Below the pieces are notes generated by a model, which did not search any database, was not told the DNA's origin, and saw only the letters and a program-made list of their open reading frames with translations. A stretch of 64,000 nucleotides of DNA from Bacillota bacterium (lineage in GTDB: Bacteria > Bacillota > Sulfobacillia > Fermentithermobacillales > Fermentithermobacillaceae), in the NCBI GenBank assembly GCA_040766745.1, contig JAXGPX010000001.1, positions 187,950-251,949 of the forward strand. The letters run 5' to 3'. Made by a program: the position numbers and the translations under genes. Positions 45,293-55,650 of the stretch are shown one piece after another. The stretch's first letter is position 1, and every line of letters starts with the position of its first letter.

Positions 45293-46501
45293 TTACCTGA
45301 GAATCTCCTCTAGGATTTCATCCAAAGCATCTGCTAACACACGATAATCGTCTATTGTATTGTAGGCTTGTGCAGATATCCTGACTAATCTATTTTGGCA
45401 ACCTGCAAATGTGACGATTGGTACTTCGATCTTGTACCGGTGATAAAGAATATCATGTATAGGGTCAAAACTTTTGAGGTCAGGGTTTGCTGGAGACAAA
45501 TCAGGTGGCAGGAGTGGAATGCACGCCATTGAGCCAATCATTTCTTGAGGAGCAGGTTCAGCCACACTGAATTTCTCGCATAGCATTCGTCTTGCTCGCA
45601 GAACCAGTTCGTGGTTTCGCCGCGACAGTTCAGCCCAGCCTCCGGGAAACAGCGAATCCATAAAGTCAATGCAATCGGCAATCATGATATACGGTGTATA
45701 ATCTCCGGTTCCGGTCCAATCAAACTCAAGATGAAGAAAACTTTTATCTTTCCTCGCCGAGTTTGCGCCATGGCTTGTTACCAGGGGACGGACCAGGTTT
45801 CTGCGGTCGTTTCTAATATAAAGAAAGGCCGAGCCTTTGGGAGCGCAAATCCACTTGTGGCAGTTGCCTGTATAATATGCAGCCTGTAATGTTTCCATGT
45901 TCAAAGGAACCATTCCCGGGGCATGTGCTCCATCGATTAGTACATCTACTCCGCGTTTGGACAGGATAGAAACTAACTCTTCTACTGGGAAGATAAGGGC
46001 AGTAGGGCTCGTAATGTGGTCAAGGATCACAAGCTTTGTAAGGTTAGTCACCTGCTCAAGAACCAGTTCTGTTACTACAGATTTGGATTCTATGGGAAAG
46101 GGTACCTTTACTATTCTTACTGTTATTCGGTCTCTGTCTACCAGTGTGTCTACGGCGTTCCTACATGCGTTGTAGATGTGGTCTGTAATTACCAATTCGT
46201 CTTTTGCACAGAAGGACAAGGATTTCAAGACCGTGTTTACTCCGGTGGTAGCGTTTGGGACAAACACCAGCCCTTTGGAGTCTGCACCTATGAACGAGGC
46301 TAACCGCCCCCTTGCTTTTTCAAGCATATCTTCGATTTCCCGTGCAAAAAAGCGTACAGGCTGGCTTTCAATGTGAAGATGAAGTTTGTACTGTTCCTTT
46401 AGAATTTCAATGGGGACTGCGCCAAATGAACCGTGGTTAAGAAACGTAAACGATGGGTCCAGGGCCCATAGTTTACGCAGGCTGTCTACTTCGGGTATCA
46501 T
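45293..46501 (-). CDS. Class V aminotransferase-fold PLP-dependent enzyme (cysteine-desulfurase / isopenicillin-N-epimerase-like)
   Basis: LNHGSFGAVP N-terminus. PLP-lysine region (YYTGNCHKWICAPKGSAFLY). Confidence 0.75.
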   Translation of the reverse strand: MIPEVDSLRKLWALDPSFTFLNHGSFGAVPIEILKEQYKLHLHIESQPVRFFAREIEDMLEKARGRLASFIGADSKGLVFVPNATTGVNTVLKSLSFCAKDELVITDHIYNACRNAVDTLVDRDRITVRIVKVPFPIESKSVVTELVLEQVTNLTKLVILDHITSPTALIFPVEELVSILSKRGVDVLIDGAHAPGMVPLNMETLQAAYYTGNCHKWICAPKGSAFLYIRNDRRNLVRPLVTSHGANSARKDKSFLHLEFDWTGTGDYTPYIMIADCIDFMDSLFPGGWAELSRRNHELVLRARRMLCEKFSVAEPAPQEMIGSMACIPLLPPDLSPANPDLKSFDPIHDILYHRYKIEVPIVTFAGCQNRLVRISAQAYNTIDDYRVLADALDEILEEILR

Positions 46502-46583
46502 GTCCGATCATACCTCCTTTAGCTGCATGGGATATTTCAATACTACTTAACCAACTCCTTCTCGCAAAGAAAAGGAATTTTGC

Positions 46584-46611
46584 TTGCCTCGAAGAATAAC
46601 GTATATATAAT
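46584..46611 (+). promoter_or_regulatory. Sigma-A-type promoter (TTGCCT-16-TATAAT) for the CNNM transporter genes
   Basis: ttgcct cgaagaataacgtata tataat, read directly. Confidence 0.45.
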
Positions 46612-46703
46612 GGCCTAACCAGACACGCAATCCGTATGATATTGTCAGATCTGCCGGTATGGGTTAAAATGTAATAAATACGGTTCTCGGAAGGTGATGA
46701 TGA

Positions 46704-48005
46704 GTGGACGACCCTGGAGGTAGTAGTTACCTTATAGCGTTGCTTTGCCTGTTGCTATCTGCGTTTTTTTCCGGGTCAGAAAGTGCCATATTTTCTTCAG
46801 ATGAGGCTAAACTGAAGAGCGCCTACTCAGGCAGCAAGAAAGTTCAGAGAGTTCTTGGCTTGAAGAAGAACCCTGATTGTTTTCTCTCGAGCATCCTCTT
46901 TGGTAATACCCTTGTCAATATCACATTCTCCTCAGTTGTTGCCATGATTGTTTATTCATGGTTTCCACAGTCAAAAGGGGTAGCTGAGTTGATCACCACT
47001 GCTGTTGGAACCCTTCTTATCCTGCTATTTGGCGAAATCACACCGAAGTTCATGATGGGGTCTAATCCTGAGAGCAGCGCGCTGAAGGTGGTAACCGGGC
47101 TCTCATGGTTCCAGGCAATCATGAGCCCCTTTTCCAGGGTGCTTGTGGTAGTGGCCGCTTTCTTTTCAAGGTTCCTTCCTGACAATAGCGAGCATATAGA
47201 GGACTTGTCTGAAGCCAGGGTTATGGCAGCCCTTGATTATGGTGAGGATACCGGAGCTATAGGGAACGCTGAAAAGGAGATAATTACCGGGGTCATAGAC
47301 TCCCAGGATCTTGACGCGTCAGAGATTATGGTTCCCCGGCCAAGGATGGTGGCAATACAGGAAGACAAGAGCGGGCTCGATGTTCTTAAACTAATGTTAA
47401 AACACGGGTTTTCCCGTATTCCAGTCTATTCAGATTCGAAGGACAACATAACCGGAATCGTAAACATAAAAGACCTTGCAGTGTTTATCGGCGGTGGATC
47501 GATTGAGAGGGATGGGCTGAGCGCCCTAACAGATGTCCCTGCAAGACATTTTGCATCTGCCCCTTATTTCATACCCGAAAGCAAGAACGTTTCTGATTTG
47601 CTGTACGAGATGAAGGCCAGAGGAGTGCACATGGCCATTGTCATTGATGAGTTTGACGGAGTGTCAGGGCTAGTGACTCTTGAAGACGTTATTGAGGAAA
47701 TCGTAGGGGACATACAGGATGAATACGACCTTGAAAACCGCGAATCCGTGAATCTTGGCAATGGACGATGGCGGGTACCGGGAAGTATTAGCCTTGCTGA
47801 TTTTGAGGACTTGACCGGCATGGAAATAGACAGCGAAGATTGCGATTCTGTTGCAGGCCTTGTGATGACTTTTCTCGATAGAGTACCGTTTGCCGGCGAC
47901 GCCTTTTGTCTTATTGAACCGAAGGTGTGCTTTACTGTGCAAGAGGTTAAAGGGCCTAGGATTAGAAAGGTATTAGTAGAAAGAATCGAGGGAGAAACCA
48001 AGTAA
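46704..48005 (+). CDS. CNNM/CorC/HlyC-family transporter (DUF21 TM domain + CBS pair + CorC_HlyC C-terminal domain)
   Basis: N-terminal DUF21 (LLSAFFSGSESAIFS), CBS region, C-terminal transporter-associated domain. GTG start. Confidence 0.75.
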   Translation: MDDPGGSSYLIALLCLLLSAFFSGSESAIFSSDEAKLKSAYSGSKKVQRVLGLKKNPDCFLSSILFGNTLVNITFSSVVAMIVYSWFPQSKGVAELITTAVGTLLILLFGEITPKFMMGSNPESSALKVVTGLSWFQAIMSPFSRVLVVVAAFFSRFLPDNSEHIEDLSEARVMAALDYGEDTGAIGNAEKEIITGVIDSQDLDASEIMVPRPRMVAIQEDKSGLDVLKLMLKHGFSRIPVYSDSKDNITGIVNIKDLAVFIGGGSIERDGLSALTDVPARHFASAPYFIPESKNVSDLLYEMKARGVHMAIVIDEFDGVSGLVTLEDVIEEIVGDIQDEYDLENRESVNLGNGRWRVPGSISLADFEDLTGMEIDSEDCDSVAGLVMTFLDRVPFAGDAFCLIEPKVCFTVQEVKGPRIRKVLVERIEGETK

Positions 48006-48006
48006 T

Positions 48007-49092
48007 ATGGATACCGAGGTATCAGTAGTATCGATTTTGATACGAGTAGTTCTGTTTCTCTTGTCGCTTTTGTCAGTAGGTTTCTTTGCCGGAGCTGAGA
48101 CAGCGTTCTTGGCAATGGACAAGTGGGTTATCGACAACCTTTCAAGCGAAGGAGACCAACGAGCTGCGCTCCTCAAGAGTATGAAACAGAACTCTAAAAA
48201 CACCCTGGCTGCTGTACTGGTAGGAACAAATGTATTTACCATTTTGGCTTCAGTGACTGCATTGTCAGTAGCCTATTCTCTTGGATTTAAGGGGCCGCTT
48301 AACGTAGCCGTAGTATCACTTATTACTACTGCGTTCGTTTTCGTGTTTTCAGAACTTATTCCTAAGACCTACGCTGCAAAGGCTCCCACCCGGGTAGCTC
48401 TTTCAGTAGCAGTGTTGCTGAATTTTGCTGTCAGAGTTTTGGGGCCGGCCTCATATCTGATAGGGGCTATTCCGTCTTTGCTAACATCGTTTTTCTCGCG
48501 TAGGAGAAAAGAGGCATCACAGAAACCTGAAACCGAGGTTCTGGCTGTGTTTGAAATGGCTGAAGAAGACGGGTACGTTAAGCCTGAAGACAGGGATGTT
48601 ATTGACAGTGTATTTAGTTCAAAGGACAAGAAGGTCCTGGATATACTAGTGCCCCTAAAGAATGTAGTTACTTACAGCCCTTCCACTACGCTTTCAGAAG
48701 GAATTGACTTGTTCAGAGAATACAGGTACAGCCGGGTTCCGGTCCTTTCTGATTCAGGCCGCAAAGTCACCGGTATTGTATATATAAAGGATGCTATACG
48801 GGAAGTTGTATCAAATCCCAAGAAGGGTTCTCTTCCTGTTACGGCTGTGATGCGTTCACCGTACTTGGTGCAGGCTGGAGAGAACATACTGAGAGTGTTT
48901 TCCAGGCTCAAGCGGGACCGAGTCCACCTGGCAGTAGCGGTACAAGGTAATTCTCCGGTAGGCATCATAACTATGGATGATCTGCTAGAGGAGCTTGTAG
49001 GAGAGATACCTGAGGAAGCCTATGCTGACAATACTACTTTAGTGGCCGGCAAGGCCTATTCTTCGTCAAGGATAACGGTTTCCAGTGACTAA
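48007..49092 (+). CDS. CNNM/CorC/HlyC-family transporter paralogue (DUF21 + CBS pair)
   Basis: Same architecture (FFAGAETAFLAM...). Directly follows the first copy, 1 nt after its stop. Confidence 0.7.
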   Translation: MDTEVSVVSILIRVVLFLLSLLSVGFFAGAETAFLAMDKWVIDNLSSEGDQRAALLKSMKQNSKNTLAAVLVGTNVFTILASVTALSVAYSLGFKGPLNVAVVSLITTAFVFVFSELIPKTYAAKAPTRVALSVAVLLNFAVRVLGPASYLIGAIPSLLTSFFSRRRKEASQKPETEVLAVFEMAEEDGYVKPEDRDVIDSVFSSKDKKVLDILVPLKNVVTYSPSTTLSEGIDLFREYRYSRVPVLSDSGRKVTGIVYIKDAIREVVSNPKKGSLPVTAVMRSPYLVQAGENILRVFSRLKRDRVHLAVAVQGNSPVGIITMDDLLEELVGEIPEEAYADNTTLVAGKAYSSSRITVSSD

Positions 49093-49287
49093 GATGACTG
49101 ATCGGTATTCTGCAGGTTAGCACTCCTGTTTTCCCACGGTCCCAAACCCACCTTTAGGTGGGTTTTGTGTTTTTCACTGAAAAGTGTTTAGTAAAAGTGA
49201 ACACTATCACAAGATTTGTGTTATAATTCACTGGGACTTTGTACTTTAGTGCACAATTATTACGGAAGTTGAAAGGAGCACTCTCAG

Positions 49288-51126
49288 GTGAGCAGACTTA
49301 CGGTCTATACGCCAGATGATGCCGAAATCGTAATGGAACGTATGGTCCAGGAGATGGAGCGGCGATTGGCTGCCGCCCCGCCAGGTATATGCCCGGTGGA
49401 CATGGCTTCTGTTTTTTTGAGGCTTTGCCATGCTCAGACCTGCGGCAAGTGTGTGCCGTGCAGGATAGGGCTTAATCGGTTGGGGGACCTTCTGGACACA
49501 ATACTCGATGGCAATGGCGATGAAGAAACAATCAAACTGTTAGAAGAAGTATCTCAATCAGTAATGGATACCGCTGACTGCGTTATCGGCTCTGATGCTG
49601 CGGCTATGGTTTTGAGGTCCGCCAGAGAGTTTAAGCAAGATTATGTTTCACATATAGAAGAGGGGCATTGTCTTGGAACGTTTTCAGCGCCGGTTCCATG
49701 CCGCTCGGCATGTCCGGCAGGTGTGGATGTTCCAGGCTATATAGCTCTAATTAGGTCAGGCAGGCCGCAGGATGCTGTTAGGCTCATAAGGCGGGACAAT
49801 CCTTTTCCGTCGGCCTGCGCCCTTGTATGCGAGCATCCGTGTGAGACCCACTGCAGGCGTTCTATGCTTGATGACGCCATAAATATCAGGGGGCTTAAGC
49901 GGTATGCTGTAGAAGCTGCAGGAGATGTACCTGTTCCTGAGCCAATGCCATTTACCGGCAAGAAGGTGGCCATTATCGGCGGAGGGCCATCAGGCCTAAC
50001 GGCTGCATATTATTTGGCTCTAATGGGCCATGATGTAACAGTATTCGAAAAGCAGCCCAAACTCGGAGGCATGCTCAGATATGGTATTCCCGAATACAGG
50101 CTTCCCAAGAGCATATTGGACAGGGAGATCGAGACAATACTGAGCCTGGGAGTTACTGTTCATACCAATTTTGAAGTGGGCCGTGACGGGACGTTGGAAA
50201 GCCTGAAGAAGACCTACGACGCTGTATATGTTGCCATAGGTGCTCATGGAGATCGCAAAATGAGGGTCTCAGGCGAGGAAGCAAAAGGTGTAATTCCAGC
50301 TGTAAAGATGCTTCGTGACATTGCTTTGGACAACCCTGTGGACCTAAAAGGGAAAAAGGTAGTAGTTATAGGCGGTGGCAACGTCGCAATGGACGCAGCC
50401 CGTAGTTCTGTACGGCTTGGTGCGTTGGAAGTCAGTGTAGCCTACAGGCGTAGAATGCAGGACATGACTGCCCAGCGTGAGGAAATTGAAGGAGCCCTTG
50501 CTGAGGGTGTTGATATTCTTGAACTTATGGCCCCAGGGAAAGTCGAACAGGATGAGAATGGACAAGTCGCTGCAATATGGTTGCAGGAGATGACTGTAGG
50601 TGCAATAGACGCATCTGGAAGGCCTAAGCCTGTCCCATCCGGCGCTCCTGATCAGAGGCTTGCCTGTGATGTAGTCATTGTTGCTATAGGGCAGGACATA
50701 GAATCAGGGTTCCTGGCCAAGGATGGCATTCCTTGTTCAAGAAATGCAGTAGTTGCTGAGGACGACCTTTCGATTAAGGGAAGTTCCGGGATTTTTGCAG
50801 GTGGAGACTGTGTTACCGGCCCTGCTACGGCAATCAAAGCAATAGGTGCAGGTAAGGTAGCTGCCTTCAATATTGATCTGCATCTTGGAGGGCAGGCGCG
50901 TACTCCCGAAGAGGAGATTAATGTGCCTGCAGCAATTCCAGGAGACTTGTCTCCTACAGGCAGGGTCAATATGAGAGAGAGGCCCGGTTCTGAGAGAATT
51001 CATGACTGGAAACAGTTTGAGCTTAACATGGATTTCAAAGAGGCCCTGCACGAAGCCAGGCGCTGCCTCAGGTGTGACCACTACGGATCCGGTTCCATAG
51101 AAGGAGGTAGGCTTGCAAGATGGTAA
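49288..51126 (+). CDS. Electron-transfer subunit of the [FeFe]-hydrogenase: N-terminal NuoF-C-terminal-like 4Fe-4S region fused to a GltD-like (glutamate-synthase small-subunit type) FAD/NAD(P)-binding oxidoreductase
   Basis: Cys motifs CGKCVPCRIG, CRSACPAGVDVPGYIALIRSG (typical GltD N-terminus), dinucleotide motifs VAIIGGGPSGLTAAYYLA and VVVIGGGNVAMDAAR. Confidence 0.75.
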   Translation: MSRLTVYTPDDAEIVMERMVQEMERRLAAAPPGICPVDMASVFLRLCHAQTCGKCVPCRIGLNRLGDLLDTILDGNGDEETIKLLEEVSQSVMDTADCVIGSDAAAMVLRSAREFKQDYVSHIEEGHCLGTFSAPVPCRSACPAGVDVPGYIALIRSGRPQDAVRLIRRDNPFPSACALVCEHPCETHCRRSMLDDAINIRGLKRYAVEAAGDVPVPEPMPFTGKKVAIIGGGPSGLTAAYYLALMGHDVTVFEKQPKLGGMLRYGIPEYRLPKSILDREIETILSLGVTVHTNFEVGRDGTLESLKKTYDAVYVAIGAHGDRKMRVSGEEAKGVIPAVKMLRDIALDNPVDLKGKKVVVIGGGNVAMDAARSSVRLGALEVSVAYRRRMQDMTAQREEIEGALAEGVDILELMAPGKVEQDENGQVAAIWLQEMTVGAIDASGRPKPVPSGAPDQRLACDVVIVAIGQDIESGFLAKDGIPCSRNAVVAEDDLSIKGSSGIFAGGDCVTGPATAIKAIGAGKVAAFNIDLHLGGQARTPEEEINVPAAIPGDLSPTGRVNMRERPGSERIHDWKQFELNMDFKEALHEARRCLRCDHYGSGSIEGGRLARW

Positions 51127-52910
51127 AATTCTCTATTGACGGAAGGCCTTTTGAGGTTCCGGAAGGAACCACCATCCTTGCTGCTGCAAGGCAATCGCGG
51201 CTGAGAATACCTACCCTTTGTTACCTTGAAGGGATTAATGAAATAGGGGCTTGCAGAGTATGTGTTGTGGAACTGAAGGGTTCACACAAACTGGTAACTG
51301 CTTGCAACACTGTTGTGCAAGAGGGCATGGAAGTGCTTACTGTCAGCACCAGGGCTCGCCATGCCCGTAGAATGGCGGTTGAACTCTTGCTCACACAGCA
51401 TGATTGCAACTGTCCGACTTGCCCCAGAAACGGGAACTGCAAGCTTCAGAACCTGGCTCATGACTTGGGTGTACGTGATGTAAGACTTAATAAGGAATTG
51501 CCTTCTCAGAGAAAAGATGAAAGCACTCCTTCAATAGTCAGGGATCCCAAGAAATGCATTATGTGCTATAGGTGCGTAAGCTTCTGTGACAAGGTCCAGT
51601 CACTCGGAGTATGGAGAATATCAGGTACCGGTGCAAGGACTGCTATAGAGCCTGCGTATGGGCAGCGCCTCGGTGAATCGGATTGTGCTTTCTGTGGCCA
51701 GTGTGTCACCCATTGCCCAGTAGGGGCTTTGAGCGAAAAGGACCAGACAGATCGTGCGTGGGAACTGGTTTCAGACCCTGACAAGATTACAGTTGTTCAA
51801 GTAGCCCCTGCAGTTCGTGCTGCATGGGGAGAGGGTTTAGGAATGTCCCCTGAGGTAGCAACTCCAGGGCGCATGGTTGCAACCCTAAAGCACCTTGGTT
51901 TCAAGTATGTGTTTGATACTTGTTTTACGGCGGATCTTACGATAATGGAGGAAGGCACTGAACTCCTTGAGAGGCTTGGAGTAAAAGAGAGCCACCATAA
52001 GCCCGGCCCTCTGCCTCTTTTTACGTCATGCTGTCCGGGATGGGTCAGGTTTGCAAAGACCCAGTATCCTGAACTGGTGCCTAACATATCAAGCACTAAG
52101 TCTCCTCAGCAAATGTTTGGCGCAGTAGCCAAGACATACTATGCTCAGTTGCTGGGAGTGCCGGCTGACAAGATCGCAGTGATCTCAATAATGCCTTGCA
52201 CTGCAAAGAAATATGAAGCAGGGCTTTCTGTTATGAACCAGGCAGCCGCTGGGCAAGACGTTGACCTGGTTCTTACGACTCGTGAGCTGTGTGCCATGAT
52301 CAAGGAAGAGGGAGTACAGGCCGAAAGATTGGCAGAAGAAGAATGGGATACTCCTTTGGGCGTTTCAACCGGAGCAGCAGTAATCTTTGGAGCTACCGGG
52401 GGAGTAATGGAGGCAGCCCTAAGATCTGCATATTACCTGGTTACCGGTAAGAACCCTGAACCAACTGCATTCTCCGAAGTAAGAGGCCTTGACGGTTGGA
52501 AAGAGGCTAAATTCGTGCTTCCCGGGAAGACTCTGAGAGTAGCAGTTGCTCACGGTTTAGGGAATGCCCGCAAGCTAATTGAGGCCATAAAGCAAGGCCA
52601 GGCAGAATACGATTTTGTCGAAATCATGGCGTGCCCGGGCGGCTGCGCAGGTGGTGGCGGACAGCCGATCTGTGTCGACGATGAAGAACTGGCTGGAGAG
52701 CGGGCACAGATATTGTATGGGCTTGATGATCATGCAGATTTGAGGTTTTCTCATGAGAACCCAGCAGTTCAGGATATATACAAGGAATTCCTGGGCGAAC
52801 CTGGTTCTGAGATTGCCCATAAACTGCTTCACACCAAGCAGGGTAGTTGGGAAATAGCTACGGCTAAGCCGCGTAGGAAAAGGGTTTTCAACGCTGCTGA
52901 TTCCGATTAG
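51120..52910 (+). CDS. hydA: [FeFe]-hydrogenase catalytic subunit HydA with an N-terminal 2Fe-2S and ferredoxin-like FeS domains
   Basis: H-cluster signatures TSCCPGW, MPCTAKKYE, EIMACPGGCAGGGGQP. N-terminal 2Fe-2S (CYLEG...CRVC...C) and two CxxCxxCxxxCP motifs. Confidence 0.9.
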   Translation: MVKFSIDGRPFEVPEGTTILAAARQSRLRIPTLCYLEGINEIGACRVCVVELKGSHKLVTACNTVVQEGMEVLTVSTRARHARRMAVELLLTQHDCNCPTCPRNGNCKLQNLAHDLGVRDVRLNKELPSQRKDESTPSIVRDPKKCIMCYRCVSFCDKVQSLGVWRISGTGARTAIEPAYGQRLGESDCAFCGQCVTHCPVGALSEKDQTDRAWELVSDPDKITVVQVAPAVRAAWGEGLGMSPEVATPGRMVATLKHLGFKYVFDTCFTADLTIMEEGTELLERLGVKESHHKPGPLPLFTSCCPGWVRFAKTQYPELVPNISSTKSPQQMFGAVAKTYYAQLLGVPADKIAVISIMPCTAKKYEAGLSVMNQAAAGQDVDLVLTTRELCAMIKEEGVQAERLAEEEWDTPLGVSTGAAVIFGATGGVMEAALRSAYYLVTGKNPEPTAFSEVRGLDGWKEAKFVLPGKTLRVAVAHGLGNARKLIEAIKQGQAEYDFVEIMACPGGCAGGGGQPICVDDEELAGERAQILYGLDDHADLRFSHENPAVQDIYKEFLGEPGSEIAHKLLHTKQGSWEIATAKPRRKRVFNAADSD

Positions 52911-53184
52911 GCTGTTTGGTACAGCCGGAAGCCAGATCTCGGTATGCGAGTAATGGCCGGATTCGGCGGCTCCCGGCTGGGTTCCAGGCAAACCAGATAA
53001 TGCGATAGCCTGCTAAATAGGGAAGCTCCGGGATTTTCCGGGGCTTCCTGTAATATAGCAGTCTTGGATCGTTGCAGTGACTTCGCCTGGTTGGATATTG
53101 AACAGTGGCGCCGATGAGGTAGAATAGAGAACAGTATTTTGCAGCCATAGAATTTGGAAACTGACATTCTGGAGGTCCTTATAG

Positions 53185-54207
53185 ATGAAAGTGGGAATAG
53201 CAGGCAGCCCTCAGTCTGGGAAAACTACCCTGTTCAGGCTGCTTACCGACGCAGGCTTGGCGGCCAGCCAAAGCAGCATAGGTGTTATGGAAGTACCTGA
53301 CCAACGAGTGAATATACTCTCCGGGATATATCAGCCTCGGAAAACCACTTATGCAAGAATAGATCTTGTGGACATTCAGGCACACAAAGGGCAAGAACTA
53401 CTCAATGCTGTGCGCAACCTTGATGTTCTCATTGTTGTCCTGGGATCTTTCATGGGCGACCTAGGAGTTAGGGATTCCATCGAGTTCGTAAGCGCAATGG
53501 AAACTGATTTCTACGTGGCTGACCTGGTCTCAGTTGAGAACAGGCTAGAGAAACTGAAGGCCAACAAGGCCAAGCCCATCAGCCAGATGGAATTGCCGTT
53601 TCTCGAAAAGTGCAAAGATGCACTGGATAAGGAGTTGCCCTTAAGGGATGTAGAATATCAGCCCTACGAGGCAGATCTGCTATCCAATTTCGCGTTTTAT
53701 ACAAACAAACCTGTAATTTTGGCACCCAACGTATCAGATGAACAGCTGTCGACAGGCAGTTATGCTGCAATGGAGCAGGTTCGCCGGCTGTCTGAAAGTA
53801 AAGGTTACAAAGTAGTTGTGTATTCGGGTATGGTCGAAGAAGAGATAGGTTCTTTGAGTGAAGAAGACAGGGTGCCGTTTTTGGAGGAGTATGGGCTTAC
53901 TGAGTCAGGGGTTGCAAGAATCGCCCGGGCGGCCTACAGCACGCTTGGCCTAATATCGTTCTTTACAGTTGGTTCAGATGAAGTCAGGGCCTGGACAATC
54001 CGCCAGGGCACTGCAGCTAAAGAGGCTGCCGGCAAGATCCATACAGACCTGGAGCGCGGGTTTATTAGAGCAGAGGTTGTGTCTTTCCAAGATTTCTCGG
54101 CCCTTGGTTCTATGAAAGTTTGCAGAGATAAAGGCCTTGTTAGGCTTGAAGGAAAAGATTATGTAGTAAGAGACGGTGACATAATGAACGTTAGATTCAA
54201 TGTTTGA
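53185..54207 (+). CDS. Divergent YchF/Ola1-family P-loop ATPase paralogue with a TGS-like C-terminus
   Basis: Clear YchF-like C-terminus (AWTIRQGTAAKEAAGKIHTDLERGFIRAEVV...KDYVVRDGDIMNVRFNV). Degenerate G motifs (G1 GSPQSGKT, no Gly in the G3 DxxG position). Confidence 0.65.
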   Translation: MKVGIAGSPQSGKTTLFRLLTDAGLAASQSSIGVMEVPDQRVNILSGIYQPRKTTYARIDLVDIQAHKGQELLNAVRNLDVLIVVLGSFMGDLGVRDSIEFVSAMETDFYVADLVSVENRLEKLKANKAKPISQMELPFLEKCKDALDKELPLRDVEYQPYEADLLSNFAFYTNKPVILAPNVSDEQLSTGSYAAMEQVRRLSESKGYKVVVYSGMVEEEIGSLSEEDRVPFLEEYGLTESGVARIARAAYSTLGLISFFTVGSDEVRAWTIRQGTAAKEAAGKIHTDLERGFIRAEVVSFQDFSALGSMKVCRDKGLVRLEGKDYVVRDGDIMNVRFNV

Positions 54208-54281
54208 AAGAATGGAATGGCAAAGAAGTCGTAAACAGCAAGATAAATGGCAAGGCTGAGATGTGAAGCTGAACCAGGTAC

Positions 54282-55436
54282 TTACCGGACTGTGCGCACC
54301 TGATTTTTTCCTTTTCTTTTGGCCTGATGATTTGCTTCCTCCACTACTCTGATTAGGCCCTCCATATCAGAGGCATCGTCGGGGTAGGTTGCCACTCCTA
54401 TGGTTACTGTTACAGGATAGGGCCATGATTGAGTGGTGTCCTTTACCGCGCAACGCAGATTTTGTGCTATTTCAATGGCTGATGTTTTTGAACAATCAGG
54501 TATAACTATCATAAACTCGTCTCCTGAAAGCCATCGTGATACCAGTACACTGCGGGGAACCCTTGAGGCCAGTGTGGCTCCTAAGTCTTGTATCATGGCA
54601 TTGCCATGTGCATAGCCCAGGTTATCGTTGTACTGCCTGAGGTTGTCGCCGTCGATGAAAAGAAGGCTCATGGGAGTTCTGTTTTCCATGCTTGTTTCAA
54701 GTGATTTCTTAATAACATGTCTTGCAGCCCTGTGGTTGGGCAATTGTGAAATGTCATCTGTGTACGCCAGTTTCATTGTGTCTCTCAAGATCATGGCTGC
54801 TTCATGAATCTCTGAAATCATGAAGCGGGCCTTATCTGCCAGACCATGTTGTGAGTCCGGCACACTGGAACACACCTCAGGACACAAGTGAGTCTCTTTT
54901 GTCTCCAGGGTGTTCCAAAGGTTAACCAGCAAGTTTGGCATGTCCGGAAAGCCATTCTTGTAGAGTTCAACTGCCCAGGCGAATCTTGACTCGGCAGCGT
55001 ATGTGCTATGCTGGTTACGCACCTGGCTTGATAACTCAGAAACAAAGTGTTCTGCTATGTCTTTCTTGTCAGGAATTACAACAACGAATTCAGCAGCTCC
55101 TGTTGTGAAAATCCTTGTGCCGTCAAGGTTAAGGGACGAAATGGTATTACGGAGAATCTGCGCGAACAACCTGGCAGCATTTCCATGGCTGTGGCGTTCT
55201 TGCTCAGAGTCCTGTTGTTTGGCTAAATACAAATCTTGATGGCCTGCATTAAGAATCGACAAAGCAATCATGGTGCCTTCTGATGCCGAAATAATCCCCG
55301 GTAACCCGGTTACCAGGGCAAGAAAATTCGGCAACCCTGTTACCGGGTCTGTGTCCATCTGTGGCCATGGTTCCATTAACATGGTATATCTTTTTCCATA
55401 ATTCATGTAATCACCTATTAATTCTATCGATCCCAA
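54282..55436 (-). CDS. Tandem GGDEF-domain protein: degenerate N-terminal GGDEF-like domain plus C-terminal diguanylate-cyclase domain with an SGDEF active-site variant
   Basis: C-terminal domain LFIDGDNLRQYNDNLGYAHGNAMIQ...RWLSGDEFMIVIP. N-terminal pseudo-domain DPVTGLPN...TGAAEFVVVIP. Confidence 0.7.
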   Translation of the reverse strand: MGSIELIGDYMNYGKRYTMLMEPWPQMDTDPVTGLPNFLALVTGLPGIISASEGTMIALSILNAGHQDLYLAKQQDSEQERHSHGNAARLFAQILRNTISSLNLDGTRIFTTGAAEFVVVIPDKKDIAEHFVSELSSQVRNQHSTYAAESRFAWAVELYKNGFPDMPNLLVNLWNTLETKETHLCPEVCSSVPDSQHGLADKARFMISEIHEAAMILRDTMKLAYTDDISQLPNHRAARHVIKKSLETSMENRTPMSLLFIDGDNLRQYNDNLGYAHGNAMIQDLGATLASRVPRSVLVSRWLSGDEFMIVIPDCSKTSAIEIAQNLRCAVKDTTQSWPYPVTVTIGVATYPDDASDMEGLIRVVEEANHQAKRKGKNQVRTVR

Positions 55437-55650
55437 TCTGAGAGCGTAGATACCGGCGCTTGTAAAAGATTATATATGCTATCTTGAGAATCTGCCATGG
55501 CGTGTTCATACTACTGTGTTAACATGGAGTATAAGAGATAGAAGATGTATGGTGAGTAAGGGAAGTATGAAGGAGTATTGTACAGCAATGTTGAATATGT
55601 TGGGTCAGGTGTTTTCATGTTTGGTTACCAAAAATGGTTGGTGGTAAGCT

